NCBI GenBank assembly: GCA_963975385.1
Contig: CAXBHG010000001.1
Location: 4,460 to 68,459, forward strand
DNA from: an uncultured Brevundimonas sp.
Lineage (GTDB): Bacteria; Pseudomonadota; Alphaproteobacteria; Caulobacterales; Caulobacteraceae
Length of the DNA: 64,000 nt
Reading direction: 5' to 3'
How positions within the stretch are numbered: the stretch's first letter is position 1; each line of letters begins with the position of its first letter. Below, piece by piece: positions 9,092 through 17,166 of the stretch. The position numbers and the translations under genes are program-made. Below the pieces are notes generated by a model, which was not told where the DNA came from, made no database searches, and saw only the letters and a program-made list of their open reading frames with translations.

Positions 9092-11956
9092 CTAGCGCAG
9101 GGTCGCCGAGTCCAGGTTGAGATCGCTCAGCGGTATGACCTCGACGTCCGGATGTTTGGCGCGCAGGGCGTCGATGAAGGTGGCCGCGTCGCCGACGATC
9201 ACCAGACTGGCCTCATTGACCGGCAGATGGCGGGCGAAGGCGGTTTCCAGCTGCTCCGGCGTCACGGCGCGGACCCGGCCGGCATAGGCGGCCAGCTCGC
9301 TCATCGGCAGGTCATACAGGGCCAGGTTGGCGACCAGGCCCCCCAGGCCGTCGACCGTCTCCAGCGAACGCCCGAAGCCGCCGATCAGGGTCGCCCGGCG
9401 CGGGGCCAGATCGGCCTCGGTCGCCGGGGTTTCGCCCAGGCTGGCGATCTCGGCCAGGATCAGGTCCGAGACCTCGACCGCGGCGTCGTTGCGGGTCTGG
9501 GCCGAGGCGGTGAAGACCCCGGCGTCCTGACGGGCCCCCAGTGACGACCCTGCCCCATAGGACAGGCCGCGCTTGATGCGGATTTCCTGGTTAAGCCGTG
9601 ACGAGAAGCCACCGCCCAGCAGGGTATTGCCGACGGTCAGCGGGAAATAGTCGGCGTCGGTGCGCGACACACCGCGGATGGCGGCGACGACCGCGGCCTG
9701 GCCGGCCCCGGGCTGGTCGATGACGATGACCCGCGGACTGAGCGCCGCACCCGCCGGACGGGCGACGGTGGCGCTGGCATCGACCGGGTTGCGCCAGTCG
9801 CCGAAGGCCTGCTGGGCGAGGACGCGGGCCTCGGCCGGGGTGATCTTGCCGGAAAACACCAGGGTGGCCTCCGACGGCCGGTAATAGCTCCGGTGGAAGG
9901 CGGCCACATCGTCACGGTCGATGGCCGGGATGCTGTTGACCGTGCCGCCGGACGGGGCTCCGTAGGGCGCGCCGCCGTAGATGACGCGGGCCACGGTCTG
10001 GGAGGCGATGGTACCCGGCTGGCTCAGGGCCACGCGCAGGCCGTCCAGGGTCTGGGCCTGCTGGCGTTCCAGCTCCGCCCCGGCAAAGGCCGGGTTACGG
10101 ACCAGGTCGGCCATCAGGGCGATCGCCTGGGGGAAGACATCGGCCGGGGCATTGGCATAGACATTGGAGAAGTCGACGCCGGAACCGGCCCCGACGGTGG
10201 CCCCCAGCTGTTCGATCTCGGTGGCGATCTCCGGGGCCGACTTGTCGGCCGTGCCCTGGGTCAGCAGGGCGGCGGTCAGGGAGGCGACCCCGGCCTTGCC
10301 GGCAGGGTCCTCGGCCGAGCCGGCCTCGAAGCTGAGGCGGGCCGAGACCAGCGGCAGGCCGTCGGTGGCGGCGACCAGGACGCGCAGACCGTTCGACAGA
10401 CGGAAGTCCGACACCAGCGGCGTGACCGGGGCCACCTCGGCTCCCGGTTCCGGCAGCGACAGGCGCTGGTCCGCCGGCAGCAGGGTCGCGGGCGTGCCGA
10501 CCGGGGCCAGCGCCGCCAGGGTCACCGGCGCATCGACATTCATGTTCTGCACCGAGGTCGGATGGTCATCGTCGGCAGACAGGTAGCGCATGGTGATGCT
10601 GCGGTTGTCGGTCAGATACTGGCGGGCCACCCGCTGCACATCGGCGACGGTGACGGCCTGGATGTCGGCGATCTCGCGGTCGGCGAGGCCGGCGTCGCCG
10701 GTCATGATCAGGACATTGCCCAGGGTGGTGGCGCGGTCGTCGATGGACTCGCGGCCGCGCAGGGCATTGGCGACCAGCTCGTTCTTGGCCTCGGCCAGTT
10801 CGGCGGGGGTGACCGGCTCATCGCGCAGGCGGGCGATCTCGGCCTTGAGCGCGGCGATACCGGCTTCCGGTGTCTGGCCCTGGCTCATGATCGCATAGGC
10901 GGTCAGATTGCCGGCCTGCTGGGCGAAGTCGGGGTTGGACCCGGCCTGGGCGGCGATCTGCTGGTCATAGACCAGCGACCGGTACAGGCGGCTGCTCTCG
11001 CCGGTCGACAGGATGCCGTCGAGCACGGTCAGGGCGGCGCGGTCGGCGTCGCGATAGGCGACGGTCGGCCAGGCCATGACCACGGCGGGCAGGGGCACAT
11101 TGGGGGCATAGAAGGTCGCCTCGCGCGGGCCGGTCGGCTCCGGCTCGACTACATTGTTGACCGGCATCGGTGTCGCGGGCCGCTTAAGTGGACCGAAATA
11201 CTGGTCGACCCAGGCGTTCATCTGCGCCGGATCGAAATTGCCGGCGACGATCAGAATGGCGTTGTCGGGCCGGTAGTAGGTCTGATGGAAGCGCAGCACC
11301 TCGTCGAGGGTCGCCGCGTCCAGTTCCTCGATCGAACCGATGCCGGGGCGGCGGTAGGGCGAGTCCTGGTAGATGGTCTGGGGCGCGAACAGGCCGAACA
11401 GCCGCCCGTAGGGGCTGGCCAGAATCCGCTGGCGGTATTCCTCCTTCACCACGTCGCGTTCGGAATCGAAGGTCGGCTCGTCGACGACCAGCGACCCCAT
11501 CCGCTCGGCCTCGGCGAACAGCATCCGCTGCAGGTGACTGGCCGGAACCACCTCGTAATAGGCGGTCATGTCGTCGGCGGTGAAGGCATTGTTGAAGCCG
11601 CCGACGTCCTCGGTCAGCCGGTCGAAGGTCTCGGGCGGCAGGTTGCGCGTGGCCTTGAACATCAGGTGTTCAAACAGGTGGGCGAAGCCCGACCGCCCGG
11701 CCGGATCGTCCTTTGAGCCGACCCGGTACCAGACCTGAACCGTGACGTTCGAGGTGTTGGGGTCGACGGCCGAATAGACCTCCATGCCATTGGCCAGGGT
11801 GCGCCGGGTGAAGCCCAGCGGCGGCACCTCGATCCCGGCCTGGGCCGTGGCGGCGACGGTCGCGGGGGCCGGGGCGGTTGCGGCCTCGAAGGCCCAGGCC
11901 GGGCTGGACGACAGCAGGGCCACCACGGCGGCGGTGGTGATCAGACGGAGTTTCAT
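9092..11956 (-). CDS. Secreted M16 family zinc peptidase (pitrilysin-like, fused halves)
   Basis: Signal peptide; HLFEH (HXXEH); second half lacks the metal motif and has SRLNQEIRIKRGLSY. Confidence 0.92.
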   Translation of the reverse strand: MKLRLITTAAVVALLSSSPAWAFEAATAPAPATVAATAQAGIEVPPLGFTRRTLANGMEVYSAVDPNTSNVTVQVWYRVGSKDDPAGRSGFAHLFEHLMFKATRNLPPETFDRLTEDVGGFNNAFTADDMTAYYEVVPASHLQRMLFAEAERMGSLVVDEPTFDSERDVVKEEYRQRILASPYGRLFGLFAPQTIYQDSPYRRPGIGSIEELDAATLDEVLRFHQTYYRPDNAILIVAGNFDPAQMNAWVDQYFGPLKRPATPMPVNNVVEPEPTGPREATFYAPNVPLPAVVMAWPTVAYRDADRAALTVLDGILSTGESSRLYRSLVYDQQIAAQAGSNPDFAQQAGNLTAYAIMSQGQTPEAGIAALKAEIARLRDEPVTPAELAEAKNELVANALRGRESIDDRATTLGNVLIMTGDAGLADREIADIQAVTVADVQRVARQYLTDNRSITMRYLSADDDHPTSVQNMNVDAPVTLAALAPVGTPATLLPADQRLSLPEPGAEVAPVTPLVSDFRLSNGLRVLVAATDGLPLVSARLSFEAGSAEDPAGKAGVASLTAALLTQGTADKSAPEIATEIEQLGATVGAGSGVDFSNVYANAPADVFPQAIALMADLVRNPAFAGAELERQQAQTLDGLRVALSQPGTIASQTVARVIYGGAPYGAPSGGTVNSIPAIDRDDVAAFHRSYYRPSEATLVFSGKITPAEARVLAQQAFGDWRNPVDASATVARPAGAALSPRVIVIDQPGAGQAAVVAAIRGVSRTDADYFPLTVGNTLLGGGFSSRLNQEIRIKRGLSYGAGSSLGARQDAGVFTASAQTRNDAAVEVSDLILAEIASLGETPATEADLAPRRATLIGGFGRSLETVDGLGGLVANLALYDLPMSELAAYAGRVRAVTPEQLETAFARHLPVNEASLVIVGDAATFIDALRAKHPDVEVIPLSDLNLDSATLR

Positions 11957-12048
11957 GCGCGAGGTTCCCGGACGGCCCCGACAGGGGCTTTCCCCAACCC
12001 TATCAGGGCCCTGCCCCCACGCACGTTACGGAGCTGTAATGTCAGGGC

Positions 12049-12945
12049 CTAGCCGAACACCTCGACGCCGATCTCGCCATCGGTGGTCAGCCAGGCGCGC
12101 TTCATGCCCTGGCTGTTGTACGGATGGGCGATGCGGCCGTCGCGGTCGAGCGCGATCAGGCCGCCGTCGCCGCCCAGGCTCCCGATCTCGGTGATGACGG
12201 CGCGGGTGGCGTCCTCGAGGCCGGCCCCGGCGGCGACGCGCCAGCTGACCTGGGCGCAGGCGGCGGTGCGGATGAAATACTCGCCCTGGCCGGTGCCCGA
12301 GACGGCGACATGGCCGTCGGCCCAGGTGCCGGCACCGGGGATCGGGGTGTCGCCGACCCGGCCCGGCATCTTGCCGAACACCCCGGCGGTCGAGGTCGCC
12401 GCGGCCAGCCGACCGGCCGAGTCGAGCACGCAGCAGCCGACCGTGCCGTGGGCCAGGGCCCCGGCCAGGACATCGGGGGCCGTGCCCGGCGGGTGATTGT
12501 CCTCGCCCTTGCCGGCGTGGGTGAACCAGGCCGCCTCGTCGCCGATCGCCTCCAGCCCCTGGTCGTGGGCGAACAGGGCCGCGCCCTCGCCGGCCAGCAT
12601 GACGTGGGGGGTCCGGTCCATCACGGCACGGGCGGCCCGCACCGGATTGCGGAAACCCTGCAGGGCGGCGACGGCCCCGGCCTTGCGGGTGTCGCCGTCC
12701 ATCAGGCTGGCGTCCAGCTCATAGGCCCCGGCCAGGTTGGGCGAGGCCCCACGCCCGGCGACATAGAGACCCGCGTCCTCAAGCATCACCGTGGCCTCGA
12801 CGGCCACGTCCAGGGCGGAGGCCCCGGCCTCGAGCCGGAGCTTCATCGCCTCGACCACGGCGCGCATGTTGTCGATCTCGCGATCGTAGTTGCGCTCGGG
12901 CCGGGCACCGGCACCACCATGCAGGATAAGGGCGGGTCGGGTCAT
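12049..12945 (-). CDS. iaaA: Isoaspartyl peptidase/L-asparaginase (Ntn hydrolase)
   Basis: LHGGAG, ELDASLMDG, HG|TVG nucleophile Thr, GRVGDTP, GQGE. Confidence 0.9.
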   Translation of the reverse strand: MTRPALILHGGAGARPERNYDREIDNMRAVVEAMKLRLEAGASALDVAVEATVMLEDAGLYVAGRGASPNLAGAYELDASLMDGDTRKAGAVAALQGFRNPVRAARAVMDRTPHVMLAGEGAALFAHDQGLEAIGDEAAWFTHAGKGEDNHPPGTAPDVLAGALAHGTVGCCVLDSAGRLAAATSTAGVFGKMPGRVGDTPIPGAGTWADGHVAVSGTGQGEYFIRTAACAQVSWRVAAGAGLEDATRAVITEIGSLGGDGGLIALDRDGRIAHPYNSQGMKRAWLTTDGEIGVEVFG

Positions 12946-13138
12946 GGCGGGCTCTTCCCTGGGAGGGCGGCGACGGCTAGCGTTCCGGATCGTGCCGTCG
13001 CCGGACGGTTGATATTTGACCTGTCCATGCGCGTGATCCGGCGGTGCGCGCAAGTTTCAGGACCTCCCCGTGACGCCGAATTCCGGCGCTTTCGGGTCCC
13101 CGGCCTGTGATACGGCCCCCCAATTCAGGAACCTCCCC

Positions 13139-14140
13139 ATGCGTGCAGTGCTCTCCAAGACCCCCGGCGGCCCCGAGACCCTGGTGGTCGAGGAGGTGCT
13201 GGATCCGACGCCGATGAAGGGGGAGGTGATCATCGAGGTGAAGGCGGTCGGGATCAATTTCCCCGACACACTGATCATCGAGGACCGCTACCAGTTCAAG
13301 CCGGCCCGGCCCTTCGCGCCCGGGGCCGAGGTGGCCGGGGTGGTCGAGGCCGTCGGCGAGGGCGTCAAACATCTGCGCAAGGGCGACCGGGTCATCGCCG
13401 TGCCGGGCTGGGGCGGGCTGGTCGAACGCCTGGCCGTGCGCGCGGACTCGCTCATCCCCATCCCTGACGGCATGGAGTTCGAGACCGCTGCGGCCCTGAT
13501 CATGACCTACGGCACCAGCTATTACGCGTTGAAGGACCGGGCGCGGCTACAGCCGGGCGAGACCCTGCTGGTACTCGGCGCGGCCGGGGGCGTCGGGGCG
13601 GCGGCGGTGGAACTGGGCAAGGCGATGGGGGCACGGGTGGTGGCCGCCGCCTCGACCAATGACAAGGTCGAGTTCGCCCTGGACCTGGGGGCGGACAACG
13701 GCCTGATCTATCCGTCGGGCAAGCTGGACCGCGAGGCCCAGAAGCAGCTGTCGGGCGAGCTCAAACTGGCCACCGGCCGGGACGGGGCTGACGTGGTCTA
13801 TGACGCGGTCGGCGGCGACTATGCCGAGCCGGCGCTGCGGGCCATGGACTGGAACGGCCGCTATCTGGTGGTCGGCTTCCCGGCGGGCATTCCGTCCCTG
13901 CCGTTGAACCTGACCCTGCTGAAGTCGGTGTCGGTGGTCGGGGTGTTCTGGGGCGCGGCGGTGATGCGTGACCCGGCCGCCCATGCCGCCAATATGGCCG
14001 ATCTGATGAGGCTGTGGGGTGAGGGGAAGATCAAGCCGCGCGTCAGTCGCACCTTCCCGCTGGAACAGGCCCATCTGGCCATCCAGGCCCTGGGCGACCG
14101 CAGCGCCATGGGCAAGATCGTGGTGACGGTCGAGAGCTGA
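13139..14140 (+). CDS. NADPH:quinone oxidoreductase family (MDR) protein
   Basis: GINFPD, PGAEVAG, YGTSYYAL, GAAGGVG. Confidence 0.9.
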   Translation: MRAVLSKTPGGPETLVVEEVLDPTPMKGEVIIEVKAVGINFPDTLIIEDRYQFKPARPFAPGAEVAGVVEAVGEGVKHLRKGDRVIAVPGWGGLVERLAVRADSLIPIPDGMEFETAAALIMTYGTSYYALKDRARLQPGETLLVLGAAGGVGAAAVELGKAMGARVVAAASTNDKVEFALDLGADNGLIYPSGKLDREAQKQLSGELKLATGRDGADVVYDAVGGDYAEPALRAMDWNGRYLVVGFPAGIPSLPLNLTLLKSVSVVGVFWGAAVMRDPAAHAANMADLMRLWGEGKIKPRVSRTFPLEQAHLAIQALGDRSAMGKIVVTVES

Positions 14141-14155
14141 TCCCTACGGCCGGCT

Positions 14156-14554
14156 TCAGTCGCCCTGAAGCCGCTTCAGGGCCTCGGCGGCGGCGTCGCG
14201 GTGCCGACCTTTGATATTGGCCCCCAGCAGGGCGATCAGGGCGGTGATGACGGCGGCGTCGTCGGTGAAACCGATCCCGGCGAAGACGTCGGGAATGGCG
14301 TCGATCGGCATGACGAAATAGGCCAGCGCGCCCAGCATCAGCCCCTTGGCCGTCGCCGGGGTTTCGGGGTCCCGGGCCGCGAACCAGACGCTGAGGGCCT
14401 CGCCGGCGAAGGGGATGCGGGCGGCGGTGCGCCGGATCTTGGGCCAGAAGCCGTGGGCGACGCGCGTCTCATTGACGCGCTGTACCGATGGAATCAGGGC
14501 GCGGGCCGGGTCCAGGGCCGTATCCGGGTCGGCGGGTTTGGCATTGTCGGTCAT
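14156..14554 (-). CDS. YkvA/DUF1232 family protein
   Basis: ALAYFVMPIDAIPD...GFTDD motif. Confidence 0.85.
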   Translation of the reverse strand: MTDNAKPADPDTALDPARALIPSVQRVNETRVAHGFWPKIRRTAARIPFAGEALSVWFAARDPETPATAKGLMLGALAYFVMPIDAIPDVFAGIGFTDDAAVITALIALLGANIKGRHRDAAAEALKRLQGD

Positions 14555-14609
14555 GGCGGCTAAAGCCCCGCGATACGCATTCGTTCAAACCAACATAGGG
14601 CTTCCCGCC

Positions 14610-15392
14610 ATGAAACTCGACAGTTCGATCGCCGCAGTCGTCACCGGTGGAGCCTCCGGCCTGGGTGAAGGCACGGCCCGCGCCATCGCCGCCACGGGCG
14701 CGAAGGTGGCCCTGTTCGATCTCAATGAGGAAAAGGGCGAGGCCATTGCCAAGGAGATCGGCGGCGTCTTCTGCAAGGTCGACGTCACCTCGGACGAGGA
14801 CGTCGCCGCAGCCTTTGCCAAGGCCCGCGCCGCCCATGGCCAGGAGCGGTTGACCGTCAACTGCGCCGGGATCGCCATCGGCCAGAAGACGGTGTCGCGC
14901 AAACGCGACACCGGCGAGATCCGCGCCCATGACATGGCCGCCTTCGAACGCACCGTGCGCATCAACCTGTTCGGCACCTTCCGGGTGCTGAGCCAGTCGG
15001 CGGCCGGCATGATGACGCTGGAGCCCATGGCCGACGGTGAGCGCGGCCTGGTGGTCAACACCGCCTCGGTGGCGGCCCAGGACGGACAGATCGGCCAGGC
15101 GGCCTATTCGGCCTCCAAGGGCGGCGTCTATGCCATGACCCTGCCGGTCGCCCGCGACCTGGCCCAGGAAGGCATCCGGGTGAACACCATCCTGCCCGGC
15201 ATCATGTGGACGCCGATGATGGCCGGCATGGACCAGAAGGTTCAGGACGCCCTGGCCGCCGCCATCCCCTTCCCCAGCCGCCTGGGCACGCCCGCCGACT
15301 ATGCGTCCCTGGTGCTGGAACTGGTGCGCAACGTCTACATCAACGGCGAATGCATCCGTCTGGACGGGGCGATCCGGCTGGCCCCGCGCTGA
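14610..15392 (+). CDS. SDR oxidoreductase, 3-hydroxyacyl-CoA dehydrogenase type II (HSD10-like)
   Basis: TGGASGLG, NCAGI, GQIGQAAYSASK, LPVARDL, RLDGAIR. Confidence 0.9.
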   Translation: MKLDSSIAAVVTGGASGLGEGTARAIAATGAKVALFDLNEEKGEAIAKEIGGVFCKVDVTSDEDVAAAFAKARAAHGQERLTVNCAGIAIGQKTVSRKRDTGEIRAHDMAAFERTVRINLFGTFRVLSQSAAGMMTLEPMADGERGLVVNTASVAAQDGQIGQAAYSASKGGVYAMTLPVARDLAQEGIRVNTILPGIMWTPMMAGMDQKVQDALAAAIPFPSRLGTPADYASLVLELVRNVYINGECIRLDGAIRLAPR

Positions 15393-15498
15393 TCGCCCGG
15401 GGCGACCAGCCTTTCCTGGGGCGTTATGATCGCGATGCGGGGCTCCCGGCATGAGCGCCCAGCGCGGCTAAACAAAAGCGGCGAAACGAAAAAGGGGC

Positions 15499-15528
15499 TT
15501 GCGAGGGGGCCGGGGTGTCCGCTATACG
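15499..15528 (+). promoter_or_regulatory. Housekeeping sigma-70-type promoter for tRNA-Gly
   Basis: TTGCGA-N16-GCTATACG with an A-rich tract upstream. Confidence 0.6.
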
Positions 15529-15576
15529 CCCGCCTCTCGACGAGACGGATCGCCCATGCAGGGCCCGTCGCGGAGT

Positions 15577-15651
15577 GCGGGCGTAGCTCAGTGGTAGAGC
15601 ACAACCTTGCCAAGGTTGGGGTCGAGAGTTCGAATCTCTTCGCCCGCTCCA
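15577..15651 (+). tRNA. tRNA-Gly (GCC)
   Basis: GCGGGCG acceptor stem, D-arm GCTCAGTGGTAGAGC, anticodon arm CAACC-TTGCCAA-GGTTG, TTCGAAT T-loop, encoded CCA. Confidence 0.98.
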
Positions 15652-15666
15652 GTCGAGACTTTCCTT

Positions 15667-15751
15667 TTGGGCGCTAACGCGCGCGACGCGGTCGCGCGCT
15701 GCTTGAGTTGGGCGCTAACACGCGCGACGCGGTCGCGCGCTGCTTGAGCGC
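15667..15751. repeat. Tandem 2 x 41-bp palindromic (REP-like) repeat
   Basis: ttgggcgctaacRcgcgcgacgcggtcgcgcgctgcttgag at 15667-15707 and 15708-15748, one mismatch. Confidence 0.9.
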
Positions 15752-15792
15752 GGCAACCCCATGGGCGGTTCGGATGCCGGGTTTTGACGCGT

Positions 15793-15816
15793 CCGCCGCC
15801 TGACCGCAGGCGGCGG
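15793..15816. terminator. 10-bp hairpin between tRNA-Gly and convergent phytase
   Basis: ccgccgcctg-accg-caggcggcgg. Confidence 0.55.
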
Positions 15817-15835
15817 CTGTGGCGATCGGGCCGGG

Positions 15836-16927
15836 CTAAAGGCCCAGGGCCGCGCGGATGTCGCGCCAGTCGATATATTTGAAATTCTGGGTGCCGCGGT
15901 CGTTGATGTCGTCCTGGACCACGACCACGCCCTCGGGAAAGCCGGGGCCGACCGGTCCGCCCAGGGCGTCGATGCCGTCGGTGCCGGACACGCCGTCGAC
16001 GGTCGGGCTGTCCTCGACCCGGAAGCGCCCGGCCCAGACCGGTTGCGGTCCGTCGATGCGCCAGACACCGAAGGTGGAATCACCCTGGCTGGACACGATC
16101 AGATAGCGACGGTCCCCATCCTGCAGGATCGTTGCCCCCTCGACATCGGCGGTCAGGGCGCGGCCGTCCGTGACGCCGACCGACCGGCGCGCGGACCTGG
16201 AGGCCGGGGTAAAGCCATACTGCCAGACGCCGACGTCCTCCTGGTTGATGTAGAGGGCGTCGCCGGCCTCATCGACGGCGCAGCCTTCTGAAATCGATCC
16301 GACGTCGAAGCGGCGCAGTTCGGTGGCTGCCGGCCGGCCGGCGGCGTCGACGCCGAGGCGGTACTGACGCACCTCTCCGGCCTTGCCGATCAGGATCCCG
16401 TCTATGCCGCCGTCACGGCGACCGAAGCAGAAGCCATAGGGTTCGGCGATGTCGGTGGCGACATGGCCCCAGGGGCGGACGGCATTGTCCGCATCCGTGC
16501 CGGCCGGGTCGAACAGGAACAGGGCGATGCCGTGCCGGCCGACGGTGCGGTCGCTGGCTCCCAGCAGCAGCTGCGGCCGGCCGTCGACGACCAGCCCCTC
16601 GATCACATCGACATTGTTCAGCAGGCCCTCGGCCAGGAACTGCAGCACCGCGCCGTCGAGACCATAGATATAGAGGCCGGCCTTCTTGTCCGTGCCGGCG
16701 ACGAAGCCGTGCACCGTCTCGCCGGCGATCCGGGCCGGGGTGGCGGTCGCCCAGATCGCGGGGTCATCGGCGGCGTCCTGTCCGGCGGTCCCCACCGAGG
16801 GCGTCTCCAGCGTGGCCCGGACCGGTGCCGACGGCAGGCCGGTGGTGCCGCAGGCGGCGACCGCGAGGGTGCAGCCCGCCATGGCCGCCGCCGCCGCAAG
16901 ACGGTTCAGGGTCGGGGGGAGAGTCAT
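15836..16927 (-). CDS. Beta-propeller phytase, lipoprotein
   Basis: Lipobox VAA-C; DAADDPAIW, GTDKKAGL, NNVD, EPYG, SEGC, DVEG, SSQGD, DGID, QNFK motifs. Confidence 0.92.
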   Translation of the reverse strand: MTLPPTLNRLAAAAAMAGCTLAVAACGTTGLPSAPVRATLETPSVGTAGQDAADDPAIWATATPARIAGETVHGFVAGTDKKAGLYIYGLDGAVLQFLAEGLLNNVDVIEGLVVDGRPQLLLGASDRTVGRHGIALFLFDPAGTDADNAVRPWGHVATDIAEPYGFCFGRRDGGIDGILIGKAGEVRQYRLGVDAAGRPAATELRRFDVGSISEGCAVDEAGDALYINQEDVGVWQYGFTPASRSARRSVGVTDGRALTADVEGATILQDGDRRYLIVSSQGDSTFGVWRIDGPQPVWAGRFRVEDSPTVDGVSGTDGIDALGGPVGPGFPEGVVVVQDDINDRGTQNFKYIDWRDIRAALGL

Positions 16928-17166
16928 GGCCGGGCTCCGGTGTCTGCGTTTGCCCGGGCGAAAACCACAGGCGGGAAGGAGGGTCAAGCAAGGCTATGTG
17001 CAGGAACTAAAACGGAATGTCCGTGTCGGGACGACCCTTCATGGAACGGCGTCATTTCGGACAGCCAAGCTTCGCGGATGTGTCGCGGAGACTTTGTACC
17101 GCCCCGCTAGCAACGGATCGAAAGGCAGCCCGACGGGCTGTTTCGACCTGTTGGGGGATCAACATC

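Noticed and set aside
15667-15751. CRISPR array
   Set aside because: Only two abutting units, no spacers and no cas genes.
17037-17056. Pho box between phytase and TBDR
   Set aside because: The two TCAT half-sites are 13 nt apart instead of 11.
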